A stretch of 64,000 nucleotides of DNA from Klebsiella phage vB_KaeM_KaOmega. Within the stretch, counting starts at the first letter, position 1. Each line of letters starts with the position of its first letter. The stretch lies in sequence record MN013077.1, one strand, 5' to 3'. Positions 56,685-64,000 of the stretch are shown here, piece after piece. The notes under the pieces are model-generated. The model saw only the letters and a list, made by a program, of their open reading frames with translations, had not been told where the DNA came from and made no database searches. A program made the position numbers and the translations under genes.

Positions 56685-56902
56685 CGGAACTCCACCGCAG
56701 ATACCTTTTCGAAGCCATCCTCTGCGAGATGCTTCTCAAACAGCTTCAGTAAACGTTCAGGGGTGGTGCAGGCGCTGCCCGGGTAAATGAGCCACATATA
56801 ACCCTCAGCACAGTTCAGGTTGATGGCGTAGCCCAGCCCTGCGGCCCGATCAAAATCCCCTTCGCCCTTCTTTACCAAACAACGAACATCATTCATTGTC
56901 AA
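56681..56902 (-). CDS. small protein
   Basis: 73 aa. Confidence 0.4.
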   Translation of the reverse strand: MTMNDVRCLVKKGEGDFDRAAGLGYAINLNCAEGYMWLIYPGSACTTPERLLKLFEKHLAEDGFEKVSAVEFR

Positions 56903-57254
56903 TCACCCTCTTGATAACAACAGTCCCTTTCGGAACAGGGACATACCCCTCGCTCTGGAAATAATCTGAGCCAAATACCCACATAAATTCATGAACATCT
57001 ACGTGAGTAACTTGGTCACCCTCTACAACAAACACGTGTGCGGGGGCTTGATCAACACACGGCCCGATGTATCGGTCAATCACTTTGTTGAACGGCCCGA
57101 GGATTTCAAACTCCAGCAGAGGGAACCGTGAATCATATTCTGCCTTTACCTCGAAGAAGTCGTGAGGACTACTGTCCCACATGCTTGCATACTCAGCAAG
57201 AATCTGCTTGAGTTCCTCGGTAGAATATCCTTTCAGTTGGCGGATCTTCTTCAT
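56889..57254 (-). CDS. hypothetical protein (start trimmed)
   Basis: The ORF is open to 57323. Confidence 0.4.
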   Translation of the reverse strand: MKKIRQLKGYSTEELKQILAEYASMWDSSPHDFFEVKAEYDSRFPLLEFEILGPFNKVIDRYIGPCVDQAPAHVFVVEGDQVTHVDVHEFMWVFGSDYFQSEGYVPVPKGTVVIKRVIDNE

Positions 57255-57520
57255 GTTGGCCTCGTGTGTGCGTGTTCCGGAACCAGATATTTGGAGATTA
57301 CTCTCCCCAGTTGGGTCCGGCACTGCTGGGTGGCACCATAGGTCTTCACTGTCTCCATGATGTCAGCCAACAATTTGTTGTACAAATCTGGACGGATTCG
57401 AGGAGTTTCACGCTCACACTGTAAAAGCTCATCAATCGCGCTCTCAGCGATTTCTGCCATTTGCTGGGCGTTTCCACGACATGCCTCGTCAAAACGCTCC
57501 CAGTGGCGATCTGCGGTCAT
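57251..57520 (-). CDS. hypothetical helical protein (start trimmed)
   Basis: The ORF is open to 57550. Confidence 0.4.
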   Translation of the reverse strand: MTADRHWERFDEACRGNAQQMAEIAESAIDELLQCERETPRIRPDLYNKLLADIMETVKTYGATQQCRTQLGRVISKYLVPEHAHTRPT

Positions 57521-57524
57521 TCTG

Positions 57525-57692
57525 ATCCTATTCTGCTGCTCGCTTCCCACGGATCTCGATCTCCAGCTTAATATTGATCAACATCTGTTCCAGATCTGCT
57601 TTTTGCTTCTCCACACGGCGAAGGTCATCCCGGCCCAGATCACGCAGTGCCAGCAGGTGGCTCATGGACAATTTGCTCAGGTCTTGGGTCAT
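57525..57692 (-). CDS. 55-aa coiled-coil micro-protein
   Basis: Hand-translated MTQDLSKLSMSHLLALRDLGRDDLRRVEKQKADLEQML... with a GGAGGTGA RBS. Confidence 0.3.
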
Positions 57693-57874
57693 GCTGTCAC
57701 CTCCAGCAGGTCTTCTTTAAAAAGTCCATCGCACAGGCTGTCTTCTTTGTTGAACCACTGACAGCCGTAATTGATTGGGCCAAAGATCCAACTGTTATCG
57801 TACACCTCGCATACGACCATCTTTGGCCCGCCCAGCTTGCATACGACTACATCGCCAACTTTAAATTTAGGCAT
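57689..57874 (-). CDS. small protein
   Basis: 61 aa. Confidence 0.4.
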   Translation of the reverse strand: MPKFKVGDVVVCKLGGPKMVVCEVYDNSWIFGPINYGCQWFNKEDSLCDGLFKEDLLEVTA

Positions 57875-58184
57875 CGAGTGTCCCCATCAGTTGATCTCGG
57901 GAATATACCCGACCTTCCTTCTTATCTTGTTCAGATAAACCCACCAGTTCCTTCAGGGCCGCAGCCTCGCGCTTTGACACGTCAATAGCGAAACAACCCT
58001 CGCCCCGGCGAAGCTCGTCGGAATCGGAACGGTACATGGACCCGGTTTTACCGGAGAAGAAAACGGATTTCTCCGTCATCTTCGTAATCACCGCCATTTC
58101 GAATGGCTTGGCCCCGGCGTTACCCCGGGAAAAGGCGATGTGGTCACCCACACGCGCCTCGATTCCGAAACAATCTTTGATCAA
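57867..58184 (-). CDS. hypothetical protein
   Basis: 105 aa. Confidence 0.45.
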   Translation of the reverse strand: MIKDCFGIEARVGDHIAFSRGNAGAKPFEMAVITKMTEKSVFFSGKTGSMYRSDSDELRRGEGCFAIDVSKREAAALKELVGLSEQDKKEGRVYSRDQLMGTLDA

Positions 58185-59542
58185 ACTTCACCTCCAAAAA
58201 TCTCAGGGAACGTTTCATGATAGAACTTACGGACACCTTGGTCAACAATGATGTCCTTCACACGCAGGCGCTTCATCAGGCGAAGACCTTCGGTGCTCGT
58301 TGCTCGGGACAGCATAACATAGGCTTGACCCGGCGTGAAGGTGCCAAAGCCTAAATCAATGTTCACTTTGCCCAGCGTCAGGCCCTGTGCTTTGTGTCCG
58401 GTGATAGCATACCCCAGTTTGAATGGGAACTGCAAGTATTTCCCGATCTCTTTGTCAACCAGTACGGTTTGCTTCTCCATCACCTTGACAGTCTGCTTGG
58501 TGCCGTCTTCCAGTTCGATCTCTTTTTCAACCTGAACCATCTTTTCTTCCGGGACCTGTGTCACGTTGGTCCACTCGTACTTGCCGATATGGATCGGCTT
58601 GCCGTCAATGTCCACGATGACGAAGGTCTTGGCGATTTTCTTAATGATCCCCACCGTACCGTTAACGTAATCTGGCTCCTTTTTCTTCTGGTCATTGTCG
58701 TTAACAACAATCATGACCTTCAGACCTTCTTTCAGGTTCAGAACTTCGTTGACCGGGCGCTCCGGGAACTCACCTGAGATCTTGGCTTCGAAAACATGAG
58801 GCTCTGCCTTGATCTTCTCGAACTCACGCTGGTTGATTTGCTCTGCCAGTTTGTTGGTGGTTGTCAGAGTGACAGCGCCTGGCAACGCCGGGCCGAAGCA
58901 CTTCTCGTTGAAGTAATCAACTGCCGCACCAACATTATTACCCACACGAATGTTGTTCAGGTGTTCAGCAAACACCGGATCGGTCTGTCGGTGGACCTTC
59001 GGCAGATACGCATTGGTGAAATTCAGTTCGTTCCAGATGTCGCAGCCGAACGGGATTTCATTCCCGTGCAGTTCACGGAACATTGCCGTCTCTTCACGCT
59101 TCAGTACAGGCTTGATCTGGAAGCCGTCGCCAAACATGATGACTTGAAGACCACCAAAAGGCTTATTTACCTTACGATGATAGCGCAGTTTCATGTCGAT
59201 CTCACGCAGCTTGTCACTGCGGGTCATAGAGATCTCGTCAAAGACGATAGCATCTAACGCATCTGACGCCATCAGCATCGCAGGCTTCTTAGACTTCGCT
59301 TTGTAGTCTTCCTTGGTTGTAACACCAAAGGTAAGGCCAAATGCCTTGTGGGTGGTAATGCCGTTAATATTCAGCGCCGCAATCCCGGTTGGTGCAACAA
59401 ACAGGAAGCTGTCGGCAAAGAACTCACGCAGAGTGGCGATCATCAAACTCTTGCCCGAACCGCCCGGGCCTGTGATGAACACGTTTTCACCCGCCATGAT
59501 GGCTCGCATTGCTTCTTCGTTACCAATTACTGTCTTACCCAT
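58181..59542 (-). CDS. SF1B DNA helicase (Dda/RecD/Pif1-like)
   Basis: Walker A ITGPGGSGKSL, Walker B IVFDEISM, and a C-terminal SH3-like region. Confidence 0.8.
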   Translation of the reverse strand: MGKTVIGNEEAMRAIMAGENVFITGPGGSGKSLMIATLREFFADSFLFVAPTGIAALNINGITTHKAFGLTFGVTTKEDYKAKSKKPAMLMASDALDAIVFDEISMTRSDKLREIDMKLRYHRKVNKPFGGLQVIMFGDGFQIKPVLKREETAMFRELHGNEIPFGCDIWNELNFTNAYLPKVHRQTDPVFAEHLNNIRVGNNVGAAVDYFNEKCFGPALPGAVTLTTTNKLAEQINQREFEKIKAEPHVFEAKISGEFPERPVNEVLNLKEGLKVMIVVNDNDQKKKEPDYVNGTVGIIKKIAKTFVIVDIDGKPIHIGKYEWTNVTQVPEEKMVQVEKEIELEDGTKQTVKVMEKQTVLVDKEIGKYLQFPFKLGYAITGHKAQGLTLGKVNIDLGFGTFTPGQAYVMLSRATSTEGLRLMKRLRVKDIIVDQGVRKFYHETFPEIFGGEV

Positions 59543-59727
59543 TACGCCTCTGCCTCAAATTTTGTGGTACTGATGATTTTGGCCTCAGCGATTTCAATGT
59601 CGGTGTGGCCTTTCTTCGCCAAACGGCTTGCTTTCAGCGTTGCCGCCTGCGGATCGTCAACCTTGGCGCGAACGCTCTGACCATAACCTGCATCAGATGA
59701 TACCAGATAAACAGACTTCTCTTCCAT
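59542..59727 (-). CDS. small soluble protein
   Basis: 61 aa. Confidence 0.4.
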   Translation of the reverse strand: MEEKSVYLVSSDAGYGQSVRAKVDDPQAATLKASRLAKKGHTDIEIAEAKIISTTKFEAEA

Positions 59728-59735
59728 AAAACCCC

Positions 59736-59924
59736 TTAATCATGAGTGATGAATGCCAAAATAACCAAAGACAGGAACATCATAGCCGCACCCCAAGCCA
59801 TTAGCCAAGGCACTTGGCTCCCAAACTGCGCCACCACTTCAGGAAAGAAATAATTAGCTCCCCAGCGGGCAGGGAACATCCAAACAGCCAAGAGCGTAAT
59901 GAACCAAATAAACAGATTTCTCAT
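59736..59924 (-). CDS. two-TM holin candidate
   Basis: 62 aa, two hydrophobic helices, ATGA coupling to the hydrolase gene upstream. Confidence 0.45.
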   Translation of the reverse strand: MRNLFIWFITLLAVWMFPARWGANYFFPEVVAQFGSQVPWLMAWGAAMMFLSLVILAFITHD

Positions 59925-60454
59925 GTCGCCTTTTCCTCTTTTGGTTTATAAAACACATGATAGCCGATAGTGGCTGTCTTCGTAAAGAACTTTCTCCAAT
60001 AAGGCTTTACCTTCTTCGTATGGAAGTGGGTTGCGCCATGTGTTGGGTCGAGCTTGTTATACAATACATCATTGTTCCGGATCTTGTAAAGGAATTTCGC
60101 AATATCCTGTGCAACCATCCAAGACTCTTTATCACGGACGGCGTACCCGCTACGGATCATCGTCCAAGAGAATTGAGAGGATTGATACACGACCTTCCTC
60201 ACTGACTCCGGGTAACCGTCATGTTTCAACCTGTTCAGAGTAACAAATCCAACCGCCATCTGTCCACTGATATTTTCCCCACGTGACTCGAAATAAATGT
60301 TGCAGGCCAAAGCATTGACCGACGAGTCATTCTTTTTGCACACATGAACAACCGGGGCGAGCTTTTTCTTCGGTGTATTCTCTTTAGCTAAGGCGGATGC
60401 CGGGGCTAAAGAAAGTACGCTGGCTGCAATGAGGGCAGCGGTGCTCTTTCTCAT
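59921..60454 (-). CDS. secreted cell-wall hydrolase, SleB/CwlJ (Hydrolase_2) type; endolysin candidate
   Basis: A signal peptide (MRKSTAALIAASVLSLAPASALA) followed by NIYFESRGE...AVGFVTLNR, the SleB-family signature. The ORF is open to 60547. Confidence 0.6.
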   Translation of the reverse strand: MRKSTAALIAASVLSLAPASALAKENTPKKKLAPVVHVCKKNDSSVNALACNIYFESRGENISGQMAVGFVTLNRLKHDGYPESVRKVVYQSSQFSWTMIRSGYAVRDKESWMVAQDIAKFLYKIRNNDVLYNKLDPTHGATHFHTKKVKPYWRKFFTKTATIGYHVFYKPKEEKAT

Positions 60455-60469
60455 ACAAACTCCTAAATA

Positions 60470-60497
60470 AGAAAGGCCCAGTTTATCACTGAGCCTT
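60470..60497 (-). promoter_or_regulatory. sigma70 promoter candidate for the lysis pair
   Basis: On the - strand: TTGACT, 16-nt spacer, TAAACT. Confidence 0.4.
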
Positions 60498-60503
60498 TGG
60501 AAG

Positions 60504-60905
60504 TCAAGCCTTTTTGGAGGCTTGAGCGAGGACGCCCTTCTTAACATCTTCCCAAAGGGAATTGAGGAAAGGGTCGTTCTTGATCACATCCGGATACCAA
60601 GGCCCGTAGATACGGTATACGGAATCCACAGTGATCGCATACAACTGCCCGCCATTAACTGCGAGGCCAGTTACGTAGCCCGTTCGGACTTGGGTGCCAT
60701 CTTTGCCAGTCTTCCGGCGCTTCGCCTCATTGAACTCGATATAGCCCGTCAATGTAACGATCTTCTCGGGGACTTGCAGGTCGGGCAGCTTTTCATGATT
60801 GATTAGCTGATTACCGGACTTGCTGCCCTCCAGGCAAAGATTACCCCCGTACTTCTTGCCGTACTTCCTGGCAAACTCAGCCATTTTAGTCGTGGACAAT
60901 TTCAC
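60504..60905 (-). CDS. hypothetical protein
   Basis: 133 aa. Confidence 0.5.
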   Translation of the reverse strand: MKLSTTKMAEFARKYGKKYGGNLCLEGSKSGNQLINHEKLPDLQVPEKIVTLTGYIEFNEAKRRKTGKDGTQVRTGYVTGLAVNGGQLYAITVDSVYRIYGPWYPDVIKNDPFLNSLWEDVKKGVLAQASKKA

Positions 60906-61407
60906 TCTCCTTCAGAACATAGATGGTCACATCGAAGTCTCGCAGGCGACCCTCGATCATCCGGGAGATGATACCCCAATCACCCCCGGCAAGTCCAGCC
61001 CCGATTTTAGGCAGACCGATCTTCAGATCGTGGGTTGGCATGTCAAGAATACGACACTTGGCATGAAGAGACACCGCCATCGCTGACAGCGCCGAACGCA
61101 GTGCCCAGTAATCGAGGTCCATCTTACCCTCTTTGCGACCCGTGAAGGTGTACTGGCTGTACAGGTTGTACACCAGCAGACCATTCTCGGAGAACGCGCA
61201 GGATAATGTCCCCAACTTTGCCTTATCTCCCCGTACTGTCATCTGGTCCGCCGTCCATGCCTCTGGGAACGCCTCGGCTATCTTCGGGGCAATACCAGAC
61301 TTCATTGTATTCATGCAGTTGCAGCCGTGGGCGATGACATTCACCTCCCCGGCCTTTGCAGCCGTGATCAGGTTGCCTACCTTGTACCGTATTTTACCAC
61401 ATGGCAT
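60886..61407 (-). CDS. macrodomain protein, TARG1/DarG-like
   Basis: NVIAHGCNCMNTMKSGIAPKIAEAFP matches my recollection of the TARG1/OARD1 motif [24 protein letters not shown]. The start is trimmed to MPCGK; the ORF is open to 61452. Confidence 0.55.
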   Translation of the reverse strand: MPCGKIRYKVGNLITAAKAGEVNVIAHGCNCMNTMKSGIAPKIAEAFPEAWTADQMTVRGDKAKLGTLSCAFSENGLLVYNLYSQYTFTGRKEGKMDLDYWALRSALSAMAVSLHAKCRILDMPTHDLKIGLPKIGAGLAGGDWGIISRMIEGRLRDFDVTIYVLKESEIVHD

Positions 61408-61408
61408 C

Positions 61409-61621
61409 TTAAAGTTCACCTCGCTTCGCTCTCTGGCAGATCTGGAGAACATCGTAGCACGACTGCTTCACAATCCAAGGCTCCCCACGATACAGGGTGA
61501 TGAGGGTCCCTTTACGATCTGTCCCCTCGATCTGTGTCACTTGTGGGTGAAACTCCCGGATATTTGCAACATCGAGGCAGATCGATTCCTCAGAAGCCAG
61601 TTGATTGAGATATACAAACAT
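61409..61621 (-). CDS. small protein
   Basis: 70 aa. Confidence 0.4.
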   Translation of the reverse strand: MFVYLNQLASEESICLDVANIREFHPQVTQIEGTDRKGTLITLYRGEPWIVKQSCYDVLQICQRAKRGEL

Positions 61622-61629
61622 GAACCCTC

Positions 61630-61896
61630 CTACAGGTATTGGCTTTCAAGCCACTGCGCCGCCTCGTCAGGTGACTTACAGTCTCGCTTTTCGTTGATGG
61701 TAAACCAGCCGTCGATGCAATTACACGCCCAGTCTTCCTCGTCCTCTTCCTCCGCACGTTCTTGAACCTCAACATGCCAAGTGCCGTCCCAGTTCTGGTC
61801 GATAATTACCTGAACCTCATTGTGGAGTTCTTTTTCCACACGGTCAGCAACCTCATTGAACTGGTCCATAATATCAATTTCATTTTCCACTTTCAA
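61630..61896 (-). CDS. highly acidic small protein
   Basis: 88 aa, D/E-rich. A DNA-mimic or host-factor-binding role is possible. Confidence 0.45.
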   Translation of the reverse strand: MKVENEIDIMDQFNEVADRVEKELHNEVQVIIDQNWDGTWHVEVQERAEEEDEEDWACNCIDGWFTINEKRDCKSPDEAAQWLESQYL

Positions 61897-62257
61897 TCTC
61901 CTTCAGTTTGAGAGACAGAGCCTCAACCTCACGCTTGAGGTCTTCAGCCTTCAACACTGTTCGGGACCACTCTTGGGCTTTATCCATGAGTTGCCTACCA
62001 ATAGCGATCGCCTCTGTAGCGCACACAATTTCGCCTTTACTATAGCGAACCTTGACAGTCCTGTTGTATGGCACAGCACACCAACCCACCGCACCAAGGT
62101 TAGTGTAGTGGCTGAACTTGTACGGCCCCCACACTTTACCCGTCTTTTGGTTGAAGACCCAAAAGTCATCACCCCATTTCAGTTGTGGGTTCCAACTTTT
62201 ATCGATCTCATCCTGATATCGGTAGTCACTCGGTTTGTATTCCGGTCGTCTGCTCAT
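61880..62257 (-). CDS. hypothetical protein
   Basis: 125 aa. Confidence 0.5.
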   Translation of the reverse strand: MSRRPEYKPSDYRYQDEIDKSWNPQLKWGDDFWVFNQKTGKVWGPYKFSHYTNLGAVGWCAVPYNRTVKVRYSKGEIVCATEAIAIGRQLMDKAQEWSRTVLKAEDLKREVEALSLKLKEIESGK

Positions 62258-62700
62258 TCTTCAGACCCCATCATGTTGAGTTTACGGCCCGCCCGCATCT
62301 CTAAAAATGCTTTCAGGTCCCCAAACTTCCCTGTCGCCACCGCTCCCGCTGGCGCTCGGTTGTAGTCCCAGGCTTCCTTCGCCTCCTCGATATCACCAAC
62401 ACGGGCTTCGATCTGCTTTCTCAGAGAATACGCAGAATAGCCAGAACGGATGACTCTGGGCGGAACATAGCGAATAATACCTGCATCAATTGCACGTTGG
62501 GACATTGCGACCTTGTTCCTGTGCATCTTGATACATTTCACTACGTACTCCTCGAACTCTTTCTTGAACGCCGGATGGATCAGTGCCTCCGGGGCATAGA
62601 AATGCACCACACGATATTGACCATCCTCACCTTTGAGGTACTGAATCTCTGGACGACCAAATTGCACTGTCACATCAAAATCTTCAATCGTAAATTTCAT
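62254..62700 (-). CDS. hypothetical protein
   Basis: 148 aa. Confidence 0.5.
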   Translation of the reverse strand: MKFTIEDFDVTVQFGRPEIQYLKGEDGQYRVVHFYAPEALIHPAFKKEFEEYVVKCIKMHRNKVAMSQRAIDAGIIRYVPPRVIRSGYSAYSLRKQIEARVGDIEEAKEAWDYNRAPAGAVATGKFGDLKAFLEMRAGRKLNMMGSEE

Positions 62701-62743
62701 CTAAAAAGCCCTCTCTGTTTCCAATGAGGGCAGATTACATGAC

Positions 62744-62938
62744 TTACTCTTCGGTGTCAACCTTTTCGACGAACACAATGTCGCCATACTTCAGCTTACG
62801 ACGAGAGTCATCGTCATTTTCAACACGGTTCACGTTGAAAGAACCTTTGGCATTAGAGCGTCGCCAGCCGGACGCGCCGCCAAACTGAGTGCATAAAGCA
62901 CGAAAGTCTTCGCTGGACACTTCGATCTTGTGCATCAC
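62744..62938 (-). CDS. small protein
   Basis: 64 aa. Confidence 0.4.
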   Translation of the reverse strand: MMHKIEVSSEDFRALCTQFGGASGWRRSNAKGSFNVNRVENDDDSRRKLKYGDIVFVEKVDTEE

Positions 62939-63258
62939 AGGCTCCCCGGCAGTACCAGTTTAGGACCTTCGCCTTTCTTCGACTCACGGATACGTTCACG
63001 GACATAAACCTCAATGTCGGTAGGACGCCACAGTTCAACCGCAACAACCTGGAATCGACCAATGTGGGCACCGGGCTGCTTGTCCATGTGACTCGCCATC
63101 AGCTTCGCACTGTCTTCATCGGCAAACACTGCCTTCACGGTGATCGCATGACCGTCATCCGTTTGACCGAGGCTCATGGAGGGCACGTTGTGCCCGGCGG
63201 CAGTATCATCAATCGCAAACATGAGGGTAGTCCCGCCAACGGTATTAGTCAGTTCCAT
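62935..63258 (-). CDS. hypothetical protein (start trimmed)
   Basis: The ORF is open to 63282. Confidence 0.4.
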   Translation of the reverse strand: MELTNTVGGTTLMFAIDDTAAGHNVPSMSLGQTDDGHAITVKAVFADEDSAKLMASHMDKQPGAHIGRFQVVAVELWRPTDIEVYVRERIRESKKGEGPKLVLPGSL

Positions 63259-63458
63259 CAATTTTCTCCACAGTTGTGTCAAGAGAGGCCATAAAACAAC
63301 GGCCCTCGTCTCCGCCGAACGGGATCATTACGACCGCGCCGACGATAATTGCATCATCACTCGCCAGAATATCCTGGCCCATGATGGGTTTGCCGTTAAG
63401 GTCGAAATCAGTCACGTACTTAAACGTGTCTCCTACCTTAATATCTCGTGCCAAAACT
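63245..63458 (-). CDS. small protein (start trimmed)
   Basis: The ORF is open to 63511. Confidence 0.35.
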
Positions 63459-63583
63459 TGCATCAGGTCACCCCACGCACACTTCGTACCAGCCACATTT
63501 TGTGCATTCACGAACGAAAGCGTGGACGCTACCTGTGGTTACGAACTTGTGTTGACAATTTTGTTGCTTCACAGACTTTACTG

Positions 63584-63928
63584 TCATACAACACCCCTTG
63601 GTTTTACCAGTTCCAGATCCGACTGCGGGATGAAATAGAACCCGCTGCGATAGAACCACTCGTACCCGTCGCTGCCTTCCTGCACCTCGGCATCGCTCAC
63701 ATAAAACGACTTCCCGTTGAACTTATCGCGTACAAAGTCTCCACGGGTGAACGCCGGGATACCACACTTACGGACGTGATAAAGCTCATGACGAACTCCC
63801 TCAAACGCCCCACGGAGATCCATAACCTCACGAAGTTCGAACTCCACATCCTCTTCGTCGTTACCTATCCCGTGGATCTTGGCATCAATCCGGGTCAGCA
63901 GGTCCTCTACTGTATCCCAATCTGTCAT
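63584..63928 (-). CDS. small HExxH protein, SprT-like zinc metallopeptidase candidate
   Basis: 114 aa with GVRHELYHVRKCG. Confidence 0.4.
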   Translation of the reverse strand: MTDWDTVEDLLTRIDAKIHGIGNDEEDVEFELREVMDLRGAFEGVRHELYHVRKCGIPAFTRGDFVRDKFNGKSFYVSDAEVQEGSDGYEWFYRSGFYFIPQSDLELVKPRGVV

Positions 63929-64000
63929 CCTTTGTCCTCCAGCGCCAGTGGCTTCATGCCAAGAGCCTTCATCCCAGTACGCTGGATCAGGCTGTTCAAG
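63925..64000 (-). CDS. 3' end of a further leftward gene that continues beyond the window
   Basis: Its TGA stop overlaps the ATG of the 63584-63928 gene (ATGA), and the frame is open to the window edge. Confidence 0.4.
   Translation of the reverse strand, partial: LNSLIQRTGMKALGMKPLALEDKG

Noticed and set aside
1-64000. Diversity-generating retroelement or retron behind the repeat-rich fibres
   Set aside because: No reverse-transcriptase-like ORF, no template repeat and variable repeat pair, and no msr/msd-like structure were seen anywhere in the window.
1-64000. CRISPR arrays, tRNA genes, integrase or attachment sites
   Set aside because: Intergenic spaces are almost all under 120 bp. No regularly spaced direct repeats, cloverleaf-capable 70-90-nt segments, or tyrosine or serine recombinase motifs were found.

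Overview
The window reads as most of the genome of a virulent-type, contractile-tailed dsDNA phage. GC content is about 50%, which suggests an enterobacterial-like host. It has two convergent arms. The rightward arm (1-32633, + strand) carries terminase, portal, a lambda-like head module (protease/scaffold, decoration, gpE-like capsid), a 1117-aa collagen-like fibre, head-tail joining proteins and sheath-tube-G/G-T chaperone-tape measure, with a -1 frameshift in the chaperone. It continues with a P2/Mu-type baseplate (hub, HxH spike, W/J/I-like), a collar-domain tail fibre plus assembly chaperone, three membrane proteins, a 1086-aa repeat-built long fibre and an RCC1-like propeller. The leftward arm (32676 to beyond 64000, - strand) carries an SSB with a DIPF tail, about 60 mostly small early genes, a T7-like family A DNA polymerase, a gp4-like primase-helicase and a Dda/RecD-like helicase. 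It also carries a compact C5-cytosine methyltransferase next to a LamG-domain protein and a Lar-like protein, a second LamG paralog, a putative 2OG-Fe(II) dioxygenase, a DUF4326 protein, a TARG1/DarG-like macrodomain, a signal-peptide SleB-type cell-wall hydrolase with a two-TM holin-like partner, and a SprT-like HExxH protein. The two arms meet at a bidirectional terminator (32634-32672). The leftward arm is punctuated by terminator-then-promoter pairs. Three separate genes carry collagen-like G-X-Y tracts. No tRNA, CRISPR array, integrase or reverse transcriptase was seen. The most system-like novelty I can support is a scattered set of candidate counter-defence functions, none of which I can confirm without searches: an ADP-ribose-removing macrodomain together with DUF4326, the methyltransferase-LamG-Lar island, and the putative dioxygenase. 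I cannot assign the phage to a named genus from sequence alone.
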